Positions 1-14,793 are shown, numbered from the stretch's first letter. The stretch: 64,000 bases of DNA from Eledone cirrhosa (GCA_964016885.1 OZ024756.1:32178001-32242000), one strand, 5' to 3'. Notes: generated by a model not told the origin, from the letters alone. Numbers and translations are program-made.

Positions 1-153
1 AAATTATCTCCTGTGATTATTCATGTATATTTATATGTTAATCAATTTCTAGTTATTATATATATATATATAAATATATGGTTCCATTTTAATATATGTA
101 TATATATATATATATAAATATATGTATATATATATATGTATACATGTATATAT

Positions 154-295
<142 letters not shown>

Positions 296-590
296 GTGAG
301 AAAAACCACAGACCCTCCACCTCAACTCTACTTTTGAAAAGCAGAAGAACTGCGAAACCGGTAAAGGAACCAAATAAATATATATATTTTAAAAAGAATA
401 AGACTCCAGTTGCATTTTCGATTTCATTTGTTTTTCTTTATACTTTCACTCGTGTAAGACACCTCGGTTATTTTTCATTTTGTAAAAACACCCTCACTTT
501 CTAATATATATATATATATATATATACGAGTATATATGCATACATGTATCTATGGATGTGTATATGCATGTATGTATCTCTGTGTGTGTG

Positions 591-634
<44 letters not shown>

Positions 635-2235
635 AATACGTATACGTGAATAATTAGGCATAATTAGGCTGTCGGACTTACTATGATAATACCGTAGGTT
701 TCTGGACTGGGTTGTATCGTGTTCTTGAGGGAATCTTGCAGGGCTTTTTGAGGTTCAATTCACTGGCATTCTGTTCAATGGGAAGTCTGCTCTTCTCAGT
801 GTCTTAGCACCACGGATATGGGAGGTGCGATGGTACTACACGCTCACATGTGCTCAAGCAGATACACGTATAGTTGTATATTTAGCAGGATAGTTTGGCC
901 ACTCCATAATTTAGCATACTGTTAAAATAACTAGCCCCGGATTAAGCAATACCTTGTGGGTAAAATCCGTCATCCCCGTCTACTAAATTCCGAAATTCCA
1001 CTCACAATGCAAGCATCTTTGGATGGAATTCAAGAGGAAACCAATTACTTGTGAAGCAAACTCACCTTCATCACACAGCCATGTCCACACCTTTATGCCT
1101 GTCGTATCGCTTAACAAATGACTTTACTTCAAACATATTTAAGCAATAATTTTCTGTAGATACAGCTAATCTCACCCCTGTTCAGTACGAGCAATACAGT
1201 ATTACAAAACAAACGCCATTTATATTCGTCAACGGGATTTCATATGAAATTCACTCTCTATATAGAATGGAATTTCCATCTTTTATTTAAATACGTTCCT
1301 CCTTTCAGTATCAAAACAAAAATTCAGTGGAGACCAACAAAGTTATGTCCCATGCCAAGGAAGAGCAGACGTACACATAATAAATGACTTGGACGACTTA
1401 AATATAGTGGAGGCCATCCCTCTTCATGTGAGAACAAAGTCAGTTTTTTTCCAGAGTAGGAGAGAGTGAAAAAGCAGGAAAAAAATGAAGAAAGATATTG
1501 GAAGAATAGAGCTCTCTATTGGACTTCTCATTTATTTAACATCGGTAGTATTTGAACCCAGAGTCGGTCAAAGTAGCTTCTGCATCTGATTTGACTATCA
1601 ATTCGCCACTTTGTATGAAATTCATACTTTCTATCGATCGTGTTTTTTTCTCTCCTTTATTTAAATACGTTCCTTATCTCAGAAAAAAACATGCTGTTAA
1701 CTTAGTGAAACCAACAAAGTTATACATTATAATTATCTGCTTCCTACAAATGATGGATGCTGTCATTTTTTCTAAAGTTTTGCATTTGGTCCCTCCGCTT
1801 TCACTGATAACCCTACCTTATCGTTCAATATGGATTCGTAGATCGGTTAATAACAGAGAAAGAAAAACGACAACAGCATCAATATCAACGACAAATAATC
1901 TAAGAAAAATCGTGAAAAAAACAATAAAAAAATAAAAATAAAAGAAAATGGAAAAAAACCAAACAAATATGTATCAATATCCCGCAAAAATAGTTCTATT
2001 ATAAGATTTAATACAATTGTGTGTATGTGTGTTTGTGTGTTAATGCAGATACCCAGACATATACAAACACACAGAAACACAATCACTCACATAAATAGGT
2101 ATCACACATAAAACCTATAAATGTAACCGCAGTAAGTAAGGTACTCAATGCATAGAAGAGTATACATTTTTTGATATAGAAATGGCTTCTACAGGACTAG
2201 AACTGTTTCATTCCAAGAAAATCATAAGGAAAGCA

Positions 2236-2284
2236 CTTTCCTGATGATTTCCCTGGAATGAAACAGTTCTAATCTGTAGAAGCC
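2236..2284 (+). ncRNA. Hammerhead ribozyme motif in the right arm of a fold-back repeat (2172-2295)
   Basis: ctttc-CTGATGA-tttccctggaat-GAAACAG-ttctaat-CTGTA-gaagc. Same family as 41375-41425. Confidence 0.7.
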
Positions 2285-2528
2285 ATTTCAATATTACATA
2301 TATATATATATATAATTATGTAATAAACAACATAAGGCAATTATTCCATTTACCAAAGGTTTCACGAAGACAGGTGAGCTCAACAGAGACGTCTGAAATC
2401 GCTTCTGATGAGCAATTTCAAACGTCCGAGTCCAGAAATAGCCGTCGAACCGGTTTGAGCTCTGCCGTCGAGGTTAAACATTCTCCTATTATACACACAC
2501 ACACACACACACGCGCACACACACACGC

Positions 2529-2717
<189 letters not shown>

Positions 2718-3039
2718 GAGACAAACACGCATACATACGCCGATGTGTTTTTTAATGTCTAACTAACTGCAGGTGTGATTTACAAGTGTTCCCTAATTCT
2801 TTAAAATTATGTAATTTAATTTTGCTAATGAACTCACCAACGGGTCATCAGGTGCATCCTATTGGAAAGAACGCTACATCTGATAACTGGTATATTTGTG
2901 GCAGGTCTGAAAAAACGCTCACGGTGAAAAGACAGAATCGTTTGTACGTCAGATAGATTGCTTTACGTTATTGCACTCTCAGCCTGGTGAAAGAGGGAAA
3001 TACACATACACACACACACACACATATATACACATATGC

Positions 3040-3089
<50 letters not shown>

Positions 3090-3235
3090 TTTGAGTATAT
3101 CTTGTTTGTATACCAACACCTCAGTATGCAGATTGGAGCATGCGACGAAGTGCGCAGGTTGGTTTGGTTACTCCGGAGTAATGTAAAATAAAATAAAATA
3201 AATAAGTCAAATGTTTAAAATTGACTTCATTTATT

Positions 3236-3290
3236 ACTGCTATATATATTTCGGTGACAGCCATCTTTGGCTGTGACCTCTTCAGGCAGT
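3236..3290 (-). ncRNA. Type-I hammerhead ribozyme motif
   Basis: Reverse complement: actgc-CTGAAGA-ggtcacagcca-aaga-tggctgtcacc-GAAA-tatata-TA-gcagt. Perfect 5-bp stem I, 10/11-bp stem II, palindromic stem III, AATAAA immediately downstream. Confidence 0.85.
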
Positions 3291-3720
3291 CCGAATTAGT
3301 GTGGTAGAGACGAGTATACATGTTGTTGAGGTGTATAAGTTTGTCAATACTCTGATATGCCCAGTTCCTTGTTGGGTTGTTATTTCACTGAGGAACTGGA
3401 ATCATATGAATTCAAACAAACGAATTTCAGCGTCAAAGGGCCTCTTCTCCTCTCATTGGTCAGTTGTTAGAACATTCCTCAGTCAAAAGTCTATAGAAAT
3501 TCGTTCTGAGGCAAGCCAATCTGTAGTTGTCGTTCTTGTTATTGTTAGGTACATCTGACCTCTATTCTTGTGTTGGTAGTGGTGTTATTCTTGGAGTCAG
3601 CTAAAAAAAAAATGTGATAAAGTGGTAGAAGGAATAAGATTGTAAAGGAATAAAATAAAATAACATAAAATAATCGAATAAAATGTGTGTGTGTGTGTTA
3701 TACCCATCTCAATGTTATAA

Positions 3721-3792
<72 letters not shown>

Positions 3793-3794
<2 letters not shown>

Positions 3795-3850
3795 AGGGCG
3801 GTGCCCCAGCATGGCCTCAGCCGGATGGCTGAAACAGGTAAAAGAATATA
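3793..3850 (+). mobile_element. Short retroposon 3'-end fragment; second copy at 62238-62294 (-)
   Basis: gcggtgccccagcatggcctcagccg.atggctg.aacaggtaaaagaata is present twice, each time between microsatellites. Confidence 0.65.
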
Positions 3851-3891
3851 TATATGTGTGTGTGTGTGTTTGTGTATGTGGTTGTGTGTGT

Positions 3892-4021
3892 ATAACAAAG
3901 AACAAAGAGGGTGTGTTAAAATACCAGGCTGACCATAACGCACCGGAGTACTCAATATTTAGAGTAGTAGAAATAGTCGTCGAAACTGCTTGAGCTCTGC
4001 CGTCGGGGTCCTGAACATCTT

Positions 4022-4056
<35 letters not shown>

Positions 4057-4160
4057 AAAGTTTCAGCATTCTATTTCTCTATTACCTACTCTTCTACCCA
4101 AAGTATCGAGTACTCTGGTGCGTTATGGTCCACCTGGTTCCTTCCCACACTTCCTTCCTT
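3892..4160. mobile_element. Rearranged, diverged Family A fragments separated by (TA)n
   Basis: ccataacgcaccggagtactcaa is joined to gtcgaaactgcttgagctctgccgtcggggtc. The 3' piece follows at 4075-4160. Further pieces at about 2430-2490, 43232-43265, 56414-56485 and 62407-62461. Confidence 0.65.
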
Positions 4161-4325
4161 ATATATATATATATATATGAATAAATTTAGTCCTTCATCA
4201 GTGATCTTCCAACCTTCATTGGTATTTCATCGCTTCCAATGATGGTTGGAAGATCACTAATGAAGGACTAAATTTATTCGTATGTAACCCATTTGCAACC
4301 ACGCAGCACGTTTTGTTTTCATATT

Positions 4326-4379
<54 letters not shown>

Positions 4380-4401
4380 AACATATATATATATACACAC
4401 A

Positions 4402-4474
<73 letters not shown>

Positions 4475-4501
4475 CCACAATGCTTCAAGCAAACTTCAAT
4501 A

Positions 4502-4597
<96 letters not shown>

Positions 4598-4976
4598 CAT
4601 GTAAAATTATTTAAACATGTTATCAATTCATTATGATTCACTATATGCACGCTAGCAAAATTGCATATGAAGTCAGATATCATGTATAATAGCTCATTGC
4701 ATAAAATATATACCACGAGTGGAAGCGAATTATGAAACATAAGTATAGATAATTGCATACGTAATTATTGGAAAATAAATTACATATGTATAATTATTCA
4801 TTCATAAACATACATGCATTCATTATTAATAATACCATTGCGTTCCTATCTTTGCTAACGAAATCCACATGTCACACACATGTACAAACGAGCATACACA
4901 TATCACACATACATACACATAATATATGTACATAAATGCATAGAGAGATACATGCATACATACACCCCCACACACA

Positions 4977-5016
<40 letters not shown>

Positions 5017-5350
5017 TATATGTACAGGTGCTTATACATATCTTTATATATATATATATATATAAATATATATATACATGTATGTATATGTATATGTATA
5101 TATATATATACATATATGGATATATATCTCTATATACATATATGAAAGACATGAGTGAATATATTCATATGGTTTTGTATATGTGTGTTTCCATACGTAC
5201 GTCGTTATGTGTCAGTGTTAACAACTTTATGTATTATAGATATACATTTATCGGAAATTTTATGAAAATAGTTCTGGATTATAATTTGCCATAATTTCTG
5301 CTGTCGAAGTTTCAGAATTTATATATTCATACATATGAAAACATACGTAT

Positions 5351-5414
<64 letters not shown>

Positions 5415-5576
5415 AAGGTTATATTTAAATTGTTGGGTTACAACTAGTAAATATTTATAACTGATATAAAAGCACTCAACAAGTATTTGGAGTATATTTA
5501 CGATATTAAATAAATGGAAACTATATTTATAAAACCATATTTATTTCATTATATCTATAAAACTGTCTATATTGTA

Positions 5577-5638
5577 TTTTGTCTGAAGAAGGCATAACAT
5601 ATTGTTAATATGATATCCCTGAAATATATATAACGAAA
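5577..5638 (+). ncRNA. Type-I hammerhead ribozyme motif
   Basis: ttttgt-CTGAAGA-aggcataacatatt-gtt-aatatgatatccct-GAAA-tatata-TA-acgaaa. Lies within an inverted repeat (about 5505-5555 / 5628-5680). Confidence 0.75.
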
Positions 5639-5700
5639 TAAATATGGTTTTATAAATATAGTTTCCATTTATTTAATATAGTATATATATATATATATAT

Positions 5701-6244
5701 CTCAGATGTGAGAAAAACCACAGACCCTCCATCTCAACTCTACTTTTGAAAAGCAGAAGAACCGCGAAACCGGTAAAGGAACCAAATAAATATATATATA
5801 TTTTTTCAAAATAAGACTCCTGTTGCATTTTCGATTTCATCTTTTTTTCTTTATACTTTTACTCGTGTAGGACATCTCGGTTATTTTTCATTTTGTAAAA
5901 AAACCTCACTTTCTAATATTTCGATCTTTATGCTGAAAGCTTATAGTTTTAAGCAGACAGTATTATTGATTTAGGTGTCATAGAAACCCTACATTTGGAT
6001 TTTACCACCAATTCCATTTGGGTCCACGTCGATTTTTATCATTTATTTTGTTTGACCTGTTTAGCTTGATTTGTTTTTTTTTGCTTAGGTGGTTAATGCG
6101 TTCTTGACCTCTTTTTCAGTTTTGTATGGCGTTTTAAGTTATTGTTTAGCTCTAGTCTCCTTAACTATTGGAGCGCTTGCCAGCATTTCTACGATTTTGC
6201 GTTTTGTTTCGCTTTTTCTACCAGCCGAAATACGATTCTCGCTG

Positions 6245-6248
<4 letters not shown>
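5701..6248 (+). mobile_element. 'Family B' (TA)n-flanked interspersed repeat; partial copy at 296-505
   Basis: 296-505 and 5708-5917 are near-identical. A related motif gaaaccggtaaag..aataaa..ctcca.ttgcattttc is at about 32447-32500. Confidence 0.65.
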
Positions 6249-6332
<84 letters not shown>

Positions 6333-6477
6333 GTATGTATGTATGTATATGTATGTATATGTATATTTATATATATGTATATGTATGTATATGTATATTT
6401 ATATATATTTACATATGTGTATCCTGGGTTTAAATCCTGTGGTAACCATGGTAGAGTATATAATGTTTAATATAGAA

Positions 6478-6525
<48 letters not shown>

Positions 6526-7110
6526 CTGTGTTCGTGTGTATACAGTGAAAGGTGAAATAGAAGTATGATAGACACAGATAGAGAGATAGAGAAAGGGGAG
6601 GAAAGGGAGAAATAAAAGGATAATGAAAGAGAGTAATAGAGAGATAGAGGAAAAGTAGAGAGATGTTGTGTCAGTGAGAAATCGCGCAGGATCGCTATTA
6701 ACGAAATTAATCAATTTAATTATCTTCGATATTTATGTAATATCTAGTTTACAAATGTCACTCGCTGACCTAAATTGCGAAATTACCTGTGTCTTAATGA
6801 ATAGAGCTCGCTAGATCTACCTGGTAATTCAATCTAGCTTGCTCACGTAATCAGACACGCAACGCTAGGAGAAAGATACATGAAAATACAGCAATTACTA
6901 CGTACACACATACACAAACATAACGCCATATAGGTATGTACCTATCGAAAATACATATATACATACACACATACATATGTACATACATATATACATAAAA
7001 TCATACATACATCCATATATATATACAAACACATGACTATATATATACAAAGGAAATGATGTATACACACAAAGACATTCATGCATTCATTAAAACACAC
7101 ACACACACAA

Positions 7111-7147
<37 letters not shown>

Positions 7148-7226
7148 ATATATATATAAATATATACATACTTAAACGTAAACAGACATACGGACGCATA
7201 TGTGTATGTATACAAGACCACACACT

Positions 7227-7278
<52 letters not shown>

Positions 7279-7489
7279 CAGGAAAACTGTGCTTCATTGT
7301 GTTTATTTTGCACACACTCTCTCTATCTTATTCCAGCTCTGGCTTGTTCATCTAGAAACATATTCACAGATGTAGAAACACACTAACACACACCTATGCA
7401 ATAATAATGATACCACCACCACGACAACCCCCACCCCACAACCGCCACCAGCACCACCAAGAAGAAGAACAACAACAACAACAAAAATG

Positions 7490-7523
<34 letters not shown>

Positions 7524-7791
7524 GATACGCGAACAAGGACAACTTCGTTCAGCACGAAAAAAAAAAAAAGATCCTTAGAATAATTCTAGCGAAAATCTTA
7601 CACACAAACCATACCAGTACATTTCTTAGGTCGATTCTTCCACTATATCTCGCTCTCGGTTATTTCCCTTGACTCGCTCTCTATCTTTCTCTGGAAGATC
7701 TGGAGAGGAGATGAGCTCTGTCAGTGTTTAATTATCCAGAAAAAAAAACAGGGTGTCAATATGACGCCTCTACAACTCCACCAAGAGTTAC

Positions 7792-7898
<107 letters not shown>

Positions 7899-7983
7899 TG
7901 CAACATGAAATAAAGTGCGTGTGTACATGCATACATCTTTATATGCATGCATTTACAAACATATGCAGGCCTGTCTATATGTG

Positions 7984-8083
<100 letters not shown>

Positions 8084-8172
8084 CATATATATACACGCAA
8101 ACACACACATACACACACATATATATACGTATATATACACATATACTCATATATATTTATCTATATATATAC

Positions 8173-8206
<34 letters not shown>

Positions 8207-8872
8207 TTATATGTATATATACATATACATTCATATGTATATATATATAAACACACACACACACATACACACATACACACATACACACACACACATACAC
8301 ACACACATATAGATATATATATACAATATATATAAATGCAAGTACATAGCGTTCTGTCTGTCACTGCGCCATTTGCTAATGATATTTATCACCTTTTATC
8401 ACACATAACCTTTTCACATTTTCTTATAATGCAAACACGAAAATCTTAGCAATTACTTCCCGAGCCTGATAAGGCCAAACGTCATAAAATCCCATTCACC
8501 TTTTAACTTAACTTCAGTTGTATTTTTATGTATTTTTCACGTTCTTTTTAAACGTTCTTCGAAGCAAAAAAAAATAATACTAAAAACGTTTTACTGAAAA
8601 CTGATCTAATTTATACATATTTTGACTTAAACGAAGAACTTATTTATTTATTTATATATTTATTTAATTTCATATATCACTTCCTACACACCTTGTCAGA
8701 TAACAACATTATTTAATTTATCTTCCGTGATAAATTGTGTAAACACTCTCTCAATTACATTAACAAAAGCTTTTGTTTTCGAATTTTTTTTATTTCTTTC
8801 TCAATACATCATATCATATTCACAGTTATAGTCGTTTAAACCCATTTCTAACTCTTATCATTAAACCTTATT

Positions 8873-9060
8873 CGGTGGATTGGCAGTATCGGTAGAGGTT
8901 CGGACGCCATGCTTTGACGCATAGAGTTACGGCCCTTGCCATTCTGAGTTCAAATCCCGCCGAGGTTAACTTTGCCTTTCATCCTTACGGGGTCGATAAA
9001 ATAAAGTACCAGTAATGTACTGGGTAATTTTCTGGCCTTGTGCCAATAGTAGAAACAATT
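8873..9060 (+). mobile_element. tRNA-derived SINE (family S1; Meta-domain-like central region) with TSD
   Basis: A-box tggcagtatcgg, B-box gagttcaaatcc, core gcctttcatccttacggggtcgataaaataaagtaccag. Flanking duplication ttaaaccttattcg. Confidence 0.88.
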
Positions 9061-9486
9061 AAACCTTATTCGAATTCTCTCTTTCTGTAGAAGTCAATAA
9101 TAAGGATGCCGATTCCGAAGACGTGTATTCTAGTTGATCCCCAAATTGTCTGTAGCCGGTGTGAAACATTTTGGACAAGGCTGCAGGTTTGAATTACAGA
9201 TACAACTCATTTTTTCCCTACTGATGAAACTAGAACAATGTGAAATGGTGTATCTCGTCCTGGCTTACATAGCACTGCCAAATATCGAACATCCGCTCTT
9301 ATGATTTTGAAACGAATATGTTAAACATTATACCACAAACCTTTTATATAAGGTATCGTAGGATAAACTGATTTGCATGCGTTTCTTCGCAAATTTCGTT
9401 TCTCGATGTATCCACATCATCATATCTATTTCATGGACTTGATCTAAGCAAATTATTCAGTACATAGGCTTTGCTAGTGAGATATA

Positions 9487-9992
9487 GTTGTTTCTATATT
9501 TGGCACAAGGCAAGCAATTACACCAGTGTATTACTGGTGCTTTATTTCATCGACCCCCGTAAGGATGAAAGACAAAGTTAACCTCGACGGGATTTTAACT
9601 CAGGATGGCAAGGGCCGTAACTCTATGCGTCAAGATATGGCGTCCGACCCTCTACCGATATTGCCAATCCACCGCCCTAAATAATTGTTTCTACTTTTGG
9701 CACAAGGCCAGCAATTATCCCAATGTATTACTGGTACTTTATTTTATCGTCCCTCGTAAGGATGAATGGCAAAGTTAACCTCGGAGGGATTTGAACTCAG
9801 ACCATAAAGGCCCGTAACTCTATACTGCAAAGTATGGTGTTCGAACTTCTACCAATATTGCCAATCCACAACTGGTGACATATAATTGTTTCTACTTTTG
9901 GCACAAGGCCAGCAATTATCCCAATGTATTACTGGTACTTTATTTTATCGACCCCGTAAGGATGCAGGGCAAAGTTAACCTCGGCGGGATTT
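9487..9992 (-). mobile_element. Three tandem S1 SINE copies (third is 5'-truncated)
   Basis: Three repeats of ttgtttcta..ggcacaagg..aaagttaacctcg. Confidence 0.88.
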
Positions 9993-10110
9993 AATTTGAT
10001 CATGCTTTTATTTTTAATTTCATTTGCACCGTTTCCTCCCACCCCCTGTTTGCTATATGTCTCTCCACCACTCCCCTACACACCCTTTGAACTCTCTTCC
10101 CACACACTTT

Positions 10111-10144
10111 TCACCTGAAGAAGGGCTTATGCCCGAAACGTCGT
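10111..10144 (+). ncRNA. Minimal hammerhead ribozyme motif (PLE-type)
   Basis: cac-CTGAAGA-agggc-ttat-gccc-GAAACGTC-gt. ACGT palindromic stem III; stem I weak. Confidence 0.65.
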
Positions 10145-10231
10145 TCCCCACTACCACCCCACTCTCAAGAGCGTGAAATTAATAAACATTCGTTGTACTG
10201 CCTCTCTGTCTTGTTCCTGTTCAAATTTTCC

Positions 10232-10280
<49 letters not shown>

Positions 10281-10877
10281 TCTTGACTTTATTCAACAAA
10301 TTGGCTTATATAGTGTTTGTATATAAAACAAATGAGAAAGAAATGAAAAAATATATATAACAAATGGAAGGAAAAGAGGCGGTGGACAGTATAATCTCCA
10401 AGCCAGTTAATGCGGTATATCTCAGCTGCGCTCCTAAATGTAATATTAATGGTTAGGATAATTTATGATAAACTTAAACCTTAATGGATTTGTAAACGCG
10501 TGACATGGCAGAAAGGACTACATATATATAATTATCTGTCTATCTCTATTTCTCTCTATCCCGCTCACTCTCCCTATTCCTCTTTCTCTCTCTCTCTCTC
10601 ACTCTCTCTCTCTCTCTCTATGTATATATATGCGTGTGTGCATATATATATATCAACGCTTACGTGGACCTCTCAAAATTCGTTGGATTTTCTAATTGGA
10701 TTTTCACCCCGAAATTGGATACCAACTCGGAGTACACCTGAACTTCCACCAGGAAATCTTTCGTATCATTGACATTTTCTTTGCTTCTTGCATTTAAATA
10801 TTCCACGACTCTCTTACAATCTTCTTAAACCACCTTCTTCTTTTCACCCGTCTTCAATCTATCTTATTTCTCATTCT

Positions 10878-10915
10878 TTCTTCTGATGATAGACTAGCGT
10901 CCGAAACGTTAAGAA
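10878..10915 (+). ncRNA. Minimal hammerhead-like motif (degenerate)
   Basis: ttctt-CTGATGA-tagac-tagc-gtcc-GAAACGTT-aagaa. Downstream sequence loosely resembles that following the 10111 motif. Confidence 0.55.
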
Positions 10916-11969
10916 CCTCTTCCTCTATATCAAGCGTTAACCTAATATAGCCCTTCCTTATACTGTACCGATCGTGTTGTTATTTCTGTTTAACTTTTAC
11001 ATACATACACACACACACACACCCACACATATATATACATATATGTGTATGTATATATGTATATATATATATGTGCATCTATATATATGTATGTGTTCGT
11101 GTGTGTGTGTGTGTACAAGAGAGAGACAGAGAGAGAGAGAGAAAGAGAGAGAAAGAGAGAGAAAGAGAGAGGGGTCACTCTTTGCAAGTACTGATGCAAC
11201 TATCTTATGGACAATGTAAAATGTAATCGTTAACTTTTGGTAGAAGAAATATTTACTCTTTGTTTAAATTCCGGTCTATTGTAAAGTTAGATGCTAAAGG
11301 CCAACATTCCTCCATAGGTGTCTGATGCAAATTATTCCACCATGTTGCTTCGGCACATCATTAATTGGTCATAAAATGGCGGGCTCACAGCTGGTTACAC
11401 TAAGATGACAGCTAATAAATTCCCCACCTAATGACAATCTATATCAGCTTGGTATCTCCACTATTTTGAATCTGTCGAATATTTAAGTACGCTTCTTGAT
11501 TTTAAGATAAACTCGTTCAACCTCTACTACCGTGGTATCATGACAAAGCGTCATTTACTATAGCCTCGGTTTGGTTCATGCTTTGATATGAGGGAAAATG
11601 TCTGTAAATTAATCATACTGCTTTGTCAAAAAACTGTGCGATACTGAATCTCCCTGAGAATTAGTTTAAGTTTATCCGTGTCCATCACATTCTCAGTTAC
11701 AGCTTTGTCTCACACTATGTAACGTAGAAATTTCCTAAGAATTTTATTAAGCTTACCCGTGTCTGTCAAATTCTCAGCCACGTCCAACGTTAGATTCATA
11801 AATAGGATGTCCCCCCTCAATGAACAGACGGAACACTCATCGTCAAAGACGATGGAGGTCCCTTCAAAAATAAGATATATTCACATGACAGGTGATTGAT
11901 TGGCTTAATAAAACATATGTCCACCCACCCTTGTATAACAATCAGTTGTGAACAATTACGTAATAAGTA

Positions 11970-12720
11970 GTGTCCTTGAAGTTACAATAGTTTAAACCTG
12001 GGAACATAACTGGATTGTTTGGATGGGACATGCAATGACCAAATGTTTGTCTTCTTGCCCCACCTCACTTCTCAACAGCGACGCGAAGATCAGTCAGTCG
12101 GTGTATAGAAAACTCTATCACTATATCCTGTATTACGTGGTGTGGTCCTTAGAATTATGTTCTTGAAGCTACACTAGATCAAGCCTGGGAACTTGACTGG
12201 ATGGTTCGGATGGGGATTTCAATAAGCAAAGGTTTGTCTACTTGTCCCACCTCACTCCTCTACAGCGAAGGGAATTTCAGCCAGTCGGGGTATAGCAAAC
12301 TCTATCCCTCTATCCTGTATTACGTGGTGTGGTCCTTAGAATTATGTTCTTGAAGCTACACTAGATCAAGCCTGGGAACTTGACTGGATGGTTCGGACGG
12401 GAATTTCAATAAGCAAAGGTTTGTCTACTTGTCCCACCTCACTCCTCTACAGCGAAGGGAAGTTCAGCCAGTCGGGGTATAGCAAACTCTATTCCTCTAT
12501 CCCGTATTACGAGGTGTGGTCCTTAGAATTATGTTCTTGAAGCTACACTAGATTAAGCCTAGGAACTTGCCGGGGTGGTTAGGATGGGGATTTCAATGAC
12601 CCTAGTTTTGACAACCTGCACCTCTGCACTACACGTCAATGGCGAAGAGAGATTCAGCCAGTCGATGTACAGAAATGTCTATCTCTTTATCTTGCCTTAT
12701 GTGACCCTAGAATTACGTTC
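11970..12720. repeat. Tandem repeat, 187-bp unit, about 4 copies
   Basis: aagcct(g/a)ggaactt recurs at 12181, 12368 and 12555. The outer copies are more diverged. Confidence 0.9.
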
Positions 12721-13239
12721 TTTTGGTGGGAGTTGATTATGAAATAAATATAGATCAACGAAATAACTACAGTGGTTTCGGTTAATCGATAAAATCGATT
12801 AAAGCCTTAGAAGACGCCGCACCTGTAGTCACTGAGTGCAATTTAGTCAGGGAAATTACTACCCTAGTGAATTGACAAATCAGAAGAAAAGGCTTTCATT
12901 AGCAATAATTCGTTCCTTGGTCATAGTTAATTAAATACGACAACATAGCTGAAACATTCAATAAATACATGGCTCCCTTCCTGTGCTATGTGTTAAGGTT
13001 TAAATGCACTTCATTATTCGTGTGTGTATGTGTCTGTGTGAGAGAGAGATAGAGAGAGAGAGAGATAGTGTGAGAGAAGAAGAAAGCGATAGACCGAATG
13101 AGAGGGAAATGAAGAGAACGAAGAGGTTGGGGTGGGGGCAAAAGATAAAAGAATGGAGAGAGACCAAGGAAGAGAGAGAGATAGAGAGAGAGATAAGGAG
13201 AAAGAGAGAAATATGACGTGAGAGAACGAGGAATACAGA

Positions 13240-13270
<31 letters not shown>

Positions 13271-13300
13271 GAAGAGAAAGACAGAGGATGGGAGAGAGAC

Positions 13301-13411
<111 letters not shown>

Positions 13412-13491
13412 CCGTCTGTTTGTTTGCTTATTTCTTTCTTTAACTATCTCTTTCTTTCCCTTCCATCTCTCTCACTATATATATATCATCC

Positions 13492-13710
13492 TGGCGGTGG
13501 ATTGCAGTATCGGTAAAGCGTTGGACAACATGCTTTCTGCATAGGCTTACGCTCTTTTACGAACTGAGTTCAAATCCTGCAGAGGGTAGGTTTGCCTTCC
13601 ATCCTTACGGGTCCGATAAAATAAAGTACCAGTAATGCACTGGAATCGATTAATCGACTTTCCTCCTCCTCCCAAAATACTTGACTTTGTGCCTAAATCA
13701 GAACCAATAT
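13492..13710 (+). mobile_element. S1 SINE (long variant)
   Basis: A/B boxes and core, plus the extra tcgattaatcga segment. Confidence 0.85.
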
Positions 13711-14137
13711 TTAAAATGTAGTCCCACGGACAGGGTTAAATTCAATCACAGCTTTAAACACCCCAAACACCACCGCCGTGCTGTTGCTGCTAATTCTCGC
13801 ATTACACATTTAGAGGTGAGTTTACTGGAGCAATTTGAAGTAAAGTCCTTTGAATAAGAACACAATGCGTGAATGTGAACTGGTCTAGAAATTGAAAAAA
13901 AAACAAAACACAGATGCATCACCTGGTCCAGAATTGAAAAGACACAATGCATCACCTGGTCAAGGATTTGAACATACAATGTTGGGATCGTAAGATTAAC
14001 CCGCAAACTATGCTGGTGACCCAACAAAAAGTATCTGGTCCACCTTGTTAAGTGGTCGTTTCGGTGCCATGATGAACACTACCCAATCAAGAGATTGATA
14101 CCTCAGCAATCACGAAAGAACAGTCGAACTTCCACTG

Positions 14138-14410
14138 TCATTGCCTCCATCTCTCTCGACCTTCCCATCTCTCCGTATGGTGGGCAAATGGGGTCTCACG
14201 TGCTGCCTCCCCCACAGCCCCCGCGGACAGAATTGAGAAGGCGTTTCCCCGGAGGATGGTAAGGGAGATGAGCTGGAAGAGCCATTCCATCTCGCGAGGC
14301 TCACACCTGCGGCTGGCCAGCTGAGCGCATATGGAGGTGAGTAAGGAGGTAGCCCTAGGGGCGAGGACACCAGAAGTCTCCACTGCCAAGGGTACGACCG
14401 CAAGAGAGCG
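14138..14410 (-). pseudogene. C-terminal fragment of an RLE-type (CRE-clade-like) non-LTR retrotransposon ORF
   Basis: VVPLAVETSGVLAP...WLFQLISLTILRGNAFSILS resembles the PxAxETxG...QRxSxxxxRGNA C-terminus of CRE-like elements. Locally GC-rich. Confidence 0.7.
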
Positions 14411-14793
14411 ACCGGTTATAGTGCAAACATATGAACTATGAAAGCATTAATGCCATCACACCCACAGGCTATTAAAGATACCTACTTAGAATTTTTAAAG
14501 TACATTTGCTCAATATCTGACAACAACTATATTATCAAATAACATGTTGGAAAGGTTAGCATCTAAAAACTCTATTTAAGTTTAGATTGAATTGAATAAT
14601 ATACGAAAACAGTTAATATGCTAACATATAATGATGTATACATGAATACGGGCCTACGTGCATAAAACTATATGGATAAATCTACCTTTACCCACTCTCT
14701 CTCTCTCTCTGTCAACACACCCACGCACACACACGCATATATAGACACACACGTATATATATATATATGTGTATATATATATATATATATATA

